Shown: piece after piece, positions 56,408 through 64,000 of the stretch | How positions within the stretch are numbered: the first letter of the stretch is position 1 | How the letters are laid out: every line of letters starts with the position of its first letter | Assembly (NCBI GenBank): GCA_964016885.1 | Contig: OZ024751.1 | Span: 9,672,001 to 9,736,000, forward strand | DNA length: 64,000 nt | Direction of reading: 5' to 3' | Origin: Eledone cirrhosa | Taxonomy: Eukaryota | Position numbers and translations under genes: made by a program | The notes under the pieces: generated by a model | The model's input: the letters and a program-made list of their open reading frames with translations, nothing else | Databases searched by the model: none | Told to the model about the DNA's origin: nothing

Positions 56408-56811
56408 AAATTATGACCATGATGATGATAACGATGATGCTGATGATAATGATGATGATGAAGGTTAGGATGATGATGATGATGATGACAATGATGAAGA
56501 TGGCGATGATAACGATGATGATGATGACAATGATGAAGATGGCGATGATAACGATGATGATGATGACAATGATGAAGATGGCGATGATGATGCTGGAGAT
56601 ATCACCAAACACACCAAACATAATTGACGAAGACGTTATATAAAATTAACAAACTGACTGATGACAGTGAAATGTCAGGCATTGGTGGCTTTTGAGCTTT
56701 TATATGTTGTTGCTTTGTTACTTTTAAACTATTTTACATCTTTTGTAGTTGTTGTTGGTGGAGGTGGTGGTGGTGGAGGTGGTGGTGGTTGTGGTGGTCG
56801 TGGTGTTGTTG

Positions 56812-56843
<32 letters not shown>

Positions 56844-57140
56844 GGTGGTGGTGGTGGTGGTGGTGGTGGTATTGGTAGTGGTGGTGGTGTTAGTTGTGGT
56901 GGTGGTGGTAGTCGTGGTAGAGGTGGTGGTTGTGTGGTGGTGTTGGTGGTGGTGGTGGTGGTCGTGGTGTTGTTGTTGTTGTTGGTGGTGGTGGTATTGG
57001 TAGTGGTGGAGGTGGTGGTGTTAGTTGTGGTGGTGGTGGTAGTCGTGGTAGAGGTGGTGGTGGTGTTGGTGGTGTTGGTGGTGGTGGTAGTGGTGGTAGT
57101 GGTGGTAGTTGTGGTGGTGGTCGTGGTGGTGGTGGTGGTA
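55935..57140. repeat. Compound (GAT)n then (GGT/GTT)n trinucleotide tracts
   Basis: Directly visible, with internal higher-order duplications. Confidence 0.95.
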
Positions 57141-57413
57141 TGTATATGTATATATATATATATACATATACATTATATATATGTGTGTGTGTGTGTGAGT
57201 TTGTATATATATATATATAAACATAACTGGACTCGCAATCGTGAGGTTGTCAGTTCGATTCTTGGACCGGGCGATGCGTTACGTCCTTGAGCAAGACACT
57301 TTATTTCACATTGCTCCTTCTACCTGGAGTTGCAACTGATAGATAGTATTAGCAATTGGAAAGACCAATGGAAACATTGTTTCCTCGGTCCGATTTGACA
57401 AAAGTGGATAGAT

Positions 57414-57522
<109 letters not shown>

Positions 57523-57785
57523 AGAGATTACGCATTAGTGATTGCCTAAACACCAGAAATGAATTTTTCACACGTTGTCCACACGTCGCCAAACACCTAT
57601 TGCATAACTACAAAGCTCCGGACTGATTCCTTGTAATTTTATTTTCAACTAAAAATGTTTGGACTTTCGCAGTTATCTCCCTTACACCTCTCGCACGCAT
57701 TCTAGTATTGCCTGTGTGGAGTGACCGGGTTTCTGCGTATGCGCGTTCGTACGGTTGTCCTTCCTGTTCCTATAACCATGCACAT

Positions 57786-57828
57786 TACGAGCTGAGGATC
57801 CGCTAAGGTGAAACAATTGTTCTCAGTA
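57786..57828 (+). ncRNA. Type I hammerhead ribozyme
   Basis: UACGAG-CUGAGGA-U CC GCUAA GG U-GAAA-CAAUUG-UU-CUCAGUA. Perfect palindrome ACAAUUGU as helix III. Confidence 0.8.
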
Positions 57829-57938
57829 TGGTGAACTAACTGTTGTGTAACCACTTCTACCTAACTCGTCCCATGGACTGAGTACTCTACCACTACGGAT
57901 ATTACCTTCCAGTGTTCCACCACTATATATATATATAT

Positions 57939-57970
<32 letters not shown>

Positions 57971-57980
57971 CAACACCAAC

Positions 57981-58120
57981 TAACAAAATAACAAAAAAAG
58001 TATCAAACTTCCCATTGGTCAGTTCTGAGAGCATTCCTCTATAGTCTATAGACTTCTGACTGAGGAATGCTCTCAGAACTGACCAATGGGAAGTTTGACA
58101 CTTTATTTGTTATTTTGTTA
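57981..58120. repeat. ~59 bp inverted repeat at the 5' end of a hammerhead cassette
   Basis: Arms at 57981-58039 and 58062-58120. Confidence 0.8.
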
Positions 58121-58383
58121 CTTTAACACCTTTTCCCTTCTACCACTTTATCAATTTTTTAAGCTAACTCCAACAATAACAACACTTAGAATGAGGAATG
58201 TTCTAACAACTGACCAATGAGAGGAGAAGAGGCCCTTTGATACTGAAATTCATTTGTTTGAATTCATATGATTCCAGTTCCTCAGTGAAATAACAACCCA
58301 ACCAGGAACTGGGCATATCAGAGTATTGACAATATTATACACCTCAACAACATATGTAGTTGTCTATACCACACTAATTCGGA

Positions 58384-58440
58384 CTTCCTGAAGAGGTCAC
58401 AGCCAAAGATGGCTGTCACTGAAATATATATATATAGCAG
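58384..58440 (+). ncRNA. Type I hammerhead ribozyme
   Basis: CUUC-CUGAAGA-GGU C ACAGCCA AAGA UGGCUGU C ACU-GAAA-(UA)n-UA-GCAG. Helix I has one mismatch. Confidence 0.65.
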
Positions 58441-58614
58441 CAATAAACGAAGCTAAATTTTAAACATTTGACTTTTTATTTAACTTTATTTTACATTACT
58501 CTGGAGTAACCAAACCAACCTGCGCATTTCGTCGAGTGCTCCAGCCTTCATACTGAGGTGTTGGTATACAACCAACATATACTCAAAATCTATATATCTA
58601 TATATATATATATA

Positions 58615-59179
58615 AAGAGCGGAGCAAGCAATTATCAAACAATTCTCTAAATAAATTAAAAAACGATTTAAATATTTCTATAGGTACCTAGTGCCTGTTG
58701 AAATATTCATACCCTTTTATAATTTTTCTCCTCATGTAGAGAACACAAACGTTGTATAGTGCTGCTAATTTTAGTGGCAGTATCAACAAGTTTATAATAA
58801 ACAGCTCTTACTTGCGACATGATTTTGCGTGTGTGACATTTTAACGGCCTGACCGCATGCGTTAAGCAGCCAGCGAAATATTGACTTACTGTGAGACTAC
58901 CAACCTTATAGTATGGAAATAAGCTGTCTGAAGATCCAATTCTTTCCATTGGAAATTCCTGGATTTTCAATTGTTGGATTGGTGAAACCGTCGGTAACAG
59001 CATAGAACAGGTGATTATTTAAATCGTTTTTTAATTTATTTAGAGAATTGTTTGATAATTGCTTGCTCCGATCTTTTTATATTGTTCTGGATTCTCAAAT
59101 TAGTACCAGCGAACCACAACTATTATAAGCACCTTGCATATTTCGAAAAGTACCTAGTGCCTGTTGAAATATTCATACC

Positions 59180-59185
<6 letters not shown>
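58615..59185 (+). mobile_element. Non-coding pLTR cassette with inverted 5' arm and terminal direct repeat
   Basis: Inverted repeat ~58615-58675 / 59015-59076; direct repeat ~58684-58720 / 59150-59185; (TA)n on both sides. Confidence 0.8.
58923..59001 (+). ncRNA. Type I hammerhead ribozyme
   Basis: GCUGU-CUGAAGA-U CCAAU...AUUGG U-GAAA-CCG U CGG-UA-ACAGC. Confidence 0.88.
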
Positions 59186-59264
<79 letters not shown>

Positions 59265-59581
59265 GTAAGTTGGAAGAACATTTAGATAAAATATACCCAA
59301 TTTTTCTTCTCCCTAGTCTGTAGAAATCAACTAGATAAATAATCATTTAAACGGAGCTAAGTTTAAAATGTAATTTCGTACAGTAGTATGTATATATATA
59401 TATATATATACGTACAGTAGTATGTATATGTATATACATACATGCACACATATATATATATGTACGTATGGATTCACCGAACATTTATTATAATTATCGG
59501 TGTGTTTGTAAACAAACATCCCGTATTAAGCCGTAGTGTCTAGCAACCATCGTTGCTCGTTTGTTCAACACTGACAAAGGA

Positions 59582-59624
59582 ACGCTATACTAGTTTCAAG
59601 CTTATTAGCTATCGTCAGCAACGT
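59582..59624 (-). ncRNA. Type I hammerhead ribozyme, tandem copy 1
   Basis: ACGUUG-CUGACGA-U AGC UAAUAA GCU U-GAAA-CUAG-UA-UAGCGU. Confidence 0.85.
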
Positions 59625-60004
59625 ATACCTTCCTGCCAGATTGTTGAATGCATATACTTACCTTATGCATATTAACGGCTGAGTAGCCCAATTTGCATAT
59701 CGAGGGGGTTAATCGGCCGGGTGCACCGTAAACGATAAACGGAAAAAATGAAACGAAATTTCATTTCCCACTCTTAGTACGGCTGTTACTTAAATATAAG
59801 TATGTACACGTACATACATATATGTATACAGACGTACAGTAGTATGTATATATATATATATACATGCACACATATATATATATATGTACGTATGGATTTA
59901 CCGAACATTTATTATAATGCTCGGTGTGTTTGTAAACAAACATCCCGTATTAAGCCGTAGTGTCCAGCACCATCGTTGCTCGTTTGTTCAACACTGACAA
60001 AGGA

Positions 60005-60047
60005 ACGCTGTACTAGTTTCAAGCTTATTAGTTATCGTCAGCAACGT
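60005..60047 (-). ncRNA. Type I hammerhead ribozyme, tandem copy 2
   Basis: ACGUUG-CUGACGA-UAAC UAAUAA GCUU-GAAA-CUAG-UA-CAGCGU. Confidence 0.8.
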
Positions 60048-60820
60048 ATACCTTCCTGCCAGATTGTTGAACGTATATAATTACCTTATGCATATTAACG
60101 GCTGATTCTGAATTAATTTTCCGTATCAAATTTTTCATATACTTCGTACGAGTATTTATGTAGTTTGCACTAGAATTTTTGTATCGTAGCGGCACCCTTA
60201 GAGATAGTATTAGTATTAATTTTCGGGATTCTGAATTATTATTTCGTATTAGTTTATTTTTTGCACTGGGTGGTTGCTGGCCTTGTGCCTAGGGTAGAAA
60301 CAATTATTTCGTATTAGTCTCGGGACTCTGGATTATTATTTCGTGGTAGTTTCTTTAGTATTTTGGCCCCCCACTTGTTGATCTGTCACCGTAAGATATA
60401 CTCGGTTGATTACTACTAACTCTTAAAATGGTCTCATTATAATTCCGTCCCACCTAGTAAACTTTTAGCAGTACTAGTGAGAGACTTGATGACTGTCGTT
60501 AGGGAATAGTAACCGAAATTGTTTTTATTTTATACTTTTAACATTCTCGGTCTTCTTCTATATATTTACCCCATATTGTTTTACTTATTGTTTTGACTTC
60601 CTCCCCCTCCCGCTCCCTAGTATACTTGCTTGACCTCCTGCCCTGCTGTAGTTGGCACTATCAACGCACGACTGGGTTTCCTCCACCCCCTCTCCCACTT
60701 TCTTCTACTGGCAGGTTCAGCTACTCCTTCCTTCCACAAATTGCCATGATAGAATTATGTGTCTCAACAACAAACTTTTGACCAATCCTTGTGACAATCA
60801 CTTTTACCATATATGGAATT

Positions 60821-60915
60821 ACCCCTGAGAAGCTCGGCTATTCATATACCAGGATAACAATTTTCATTTAGTCCAGAATTAGCCGTCGAAACGGCTTGAG
60901 CTCAGCCGTCGGGGT
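60821..60915 (+). ncRNA. Degenerate hammerhead (family also at ~19400-19470 and ~30400-30476)
   Basis: ACCC-CUGAGAA-..CGGCUA...UAGCCGUC-GAAA-CGGCU UGAGCUC AGCCG-UC-GGGGU. Confidence 0.55.
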
Positions 60916-61200
60916 CCTACTCGTTCCTATATATAGGATATATATATTATCATATATATATCCCATATATATATATATATGCATATATATATATGCATAT
61001 ATATGCATATATATATATATATATATAGGATATATATATTATCATATATATATATATATTTATATATATATATATAGTTGAGTTTGAATTATTTTTCCCA
61101 CATCTTACGTTAACTATTTTCCCCATTTTGACGCTATAGTCACTTATATATTATGGAATACTGTTGGCTTTTTGCTACAATATTTTCTATACCTTTCATT

Positions 61201-61274
<74 letters not shown>

Positions 61275-61369
61275 TGGGGGGTGAATACATCTTTATTTCC
61301 TTGTTATCACCAAAAATCTGACAGTCACACCTGTATCGATCCTGTGTATATTTCTCTTGTTTTTCTTCA

Positions 61370-61609
61370 CAGCGCGGCCTCTACTGCACATACACACACA
61401 CACACACGCGCGGCCTCTACTGCACACACACACACACACACACGGCCTGTACGGCACAGACACACACACACACGCGCGGCCTCTACTGCACATACACACA
61501 CACACACACTCACACGCGGCCTCTACTGCACACACACACTCACACGGCCTGTACTGCACAGACACACACACACACACGGCCTGTACTGCACACACACACA
61601 CACACGGCC

Positions 61610-61673
<64 letters not shown>

Positions 61674-61690
61674 CCTGTACTGCACAGACA
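61370..61690. repeat. Minisatellite CGGCCT(C/G)TACTG interspersed with (CA)n
   Basis: About 9 units visible. Confidence 0.85.
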
Positions 61691-61981
61691 CACATACACA
61701 CACATATATATATATATATATGCACATACACTCGCATACACACACAAACACACCCACACGTAGCTATAGACTCACATACACATATACACACTTTTGTACT
61801 CATTTTTTCCATTCTCCTTATATATCTATTTCCTTTTCTGTATCCGTCACGTTCCCGCCTTTCTCTCTCTCTCTCTTTCTCTTCTCTCTCTCCATCTCTA
61901 CCTCTCTCTCTCTCTCTCTCTCTCTACCTCTCTCTCTTTTTCTACCTTTCTGTATCTCTCCGTTTCTCATCCTTCTCTACC

Positions 61982-62034
<53 letters not shown>

Positions 62035-62154
62035 CTTCTCTAGTTTTTTCTCTGTCGTCTTGTAACTTCAAAACCTAATTTAGCCTCATCATAGAACCAG
62101 AGAGTAAGAGAGATAATAACAACAACAACAACAACAACAACAAAAACAATAATG

Positions 62155-62206
<52 letters not shown>

Positions 62207-64000
62207 TTTCTTTATTGGCCACAAGGCCTGACATCAAGAAAAACATTACAGACGGCACAGGACGGTACGATGTGGGTTTTGTGCGTGTAAATATTTTTAT
62301 TATTTATATAAGAAAAGAAAAAAAAAAGGACATAAAACATATATATATATAAACAATAAAAATGGAAATTGAAACAATGAAAAATTCCCCAATAGGGGAG
62401 AAACCTCCGAGGGTTACTCGTGGCGAAATCCACACAAAGACCCCTGCCACCCTGACTACCAGGGCAAGCGCCCTCTCTCAATTTTTCCATCTCTCAAACT
62501 ACAGACGTATATTGAGAGTAGTCCCGTTCACTCGGACCATTCTCGCTACATTCACCCACCTTTCAACAAACTTGCTAGAAGGCAGCACTTGCCTCTCCAC
62601 CCTGATTTTCCTCTTCAAGTGAAACTTGAAAAAGTTAATTAGGGATTCGCCGAAGAGGAGTGTGTCTGTCTTTAACCCTTTTAACCTTATCCACCACTCT
62701 TCCGCCAATCTCTTTCGCCATGGCCACCAGGCAGATGAAAACCACCTGCCCTTCCTCCTCGAAGGAAGTCAGCGAGAACATCTGCACAATGGACTCAGTC
62801 GACAACAGGATCAGTCCCACACGTGACAGCAACTGTTCGACATAGCTCCACAAGTCAGCAATGCTCGGGTACTGAACGAGTGCGTGCACAACGGTTTCGT
62901 CGCTCTGCGCGCATCTCGGACAGGCTCGGCTGACGGCACTTCCGTGCCTGTAGAGCTTATCTCGAACAGGAAGCGCTCCCCGGTAGCACTGCCAGGCCAG
63001 AGATTTTTGGAAGTTACCCATAGGCCCCGGGCTGAAAGTTCTCCGGAAGAGAGCAAACAGCTGATCTTCTTCGACGCCCAGGATCTCTCCGAGAATGTCG
63101 TCGCTTCCCCCCCCCCCCCACTAGTCCTCTATAGAACGCCGAGGTGGATGTTCCACCGATACTGGTGCCCAACTGGGAGAGGGCAGTGAGCACCTGAAGA
63201 CATTCCAGTTTCCAAGCGCTATCCCTCGGTCTTTTTCTGACCCAGGACTGCAGCTCCGTCAAGGAGACGAGCTGTGGGAAAACGTGCCTGGCGAACGGCG
63301 ACCACACCCGTTCACCATCAAGGAAGCACCAGAGATGTCGGAGCCTCAGCGCATGCTTGCGCATCATCAGCCATGGCATGCCCAGTCCTCCACGCAACGG
63401 GTGTTGACAGCAGATGGATCGTCTGACCATGGGAGCGCGTCTCTTCCACAAAATGCGGAAGAGTAGGCGCTCCATTTTGGTGAGAGTTGGGCTGGAGCAA
63501 GGGACGACGGATGCGATGTACGCATTCGCCACTTCCGACCGGCCTTTCAGGGACAGCTTCCTCTCAGCCCATATCTGGGTGAGGGAGGCCATGCTGCTCG
63601 TCACCTCGTTCCAGTTTTTCTCCATCTGGAGGTCCGGTCTGAACCAGACCCCGAGCAATTTAACCGGTCCGTCCGTCCAACGCCACACGACGCTGTCGGA
63701 CAGCCTGGACTTGCCTCTCCAGCTGCCGAGCTCCAATCCCACCGAATTTTCCTGGTTTATCTTTGCCCCTGTCATCGCTTCGTATTCCTTGAGAGCGGTG
63801 CCGAGCATCTGGACGTGTCTGGTGCTCGACACCACCACGGTGACGTCGTCAGCGTAAGCCGACTCGGATTTCCCGCATCCTAGTTCGCGTGGGACGCCCC
63901 TCATCGCCCCCAGTTTGTTCAGTAACGGCTCGAGAGCCAATACGTACAAGAGGGACGAGAGGGGACAACCCTGGCGGAAATGAGCGCATGATGCTGAACG
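62207..64000 (-). mobile_element. Related Tx1-type LINE ending in (ATT)n, running off the window
   Basis: QGCPLSSLLYVLALEP, YADD, KLLGVWF and CPRC..ETVVHAL. The 3' end AATAAAGAAATC joins (ATT)n. Confidence 0.9.

Noticed and set aside
55873-57290. Poly-Asp/Met/His/Gly/Val ORFs as a low-complexity protein
   Set aside because: Pure trinucleotide repeats open in several frames on both strands, with no splice or domain evidence.
61370-61690. CRISPR-like repeat/spacer pattern
   Set aside because: The spacers are (CA)n, the context is eukaryotic and there are no cas genes; it is a minisatellite.

Overview
Eukaryotic, microsatellite-saturated DNA with no convincing host exon. The repeat content (tRNA-derived Meta-domain-like SINEs, RTE tails, very long (TA)n/(TG)n tracts) suggests an octopus-type cephalopod, which is an inference. 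Most ORF-track entries are microsatellite artefacts. Real coding sequence is all transposon-derived: four Penelope-like elements (PLEs, RT plus C-terminal GIY-YIG), a near full-length Tx1-type LINE and three relatives, an R4/Dong element in (TAA)n, several RTE-group LINEs, and mariner and Helitron fragments. Manual reading of both strands found about 16 hammerhead ribozyme (HHR) motifs with intact CUGANGA/GAAA cores and about 10 degenerate ones. They sit in many unrelated short cassettes inserted into (TA)n tracts. These cassettes share a minimal palindromic helix III, a frequent U.U pair opening helix II, a covarying RCUC...GAGY stem 3' of the ribozyme, and a recurrent fold-back architecture whose arms end at internal TA-rich sites. 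Together they look like a microsatellite-dwelling PLE/retrozyme ecosystem. All structures were folded by eye; coordinates may be off by a few bases.
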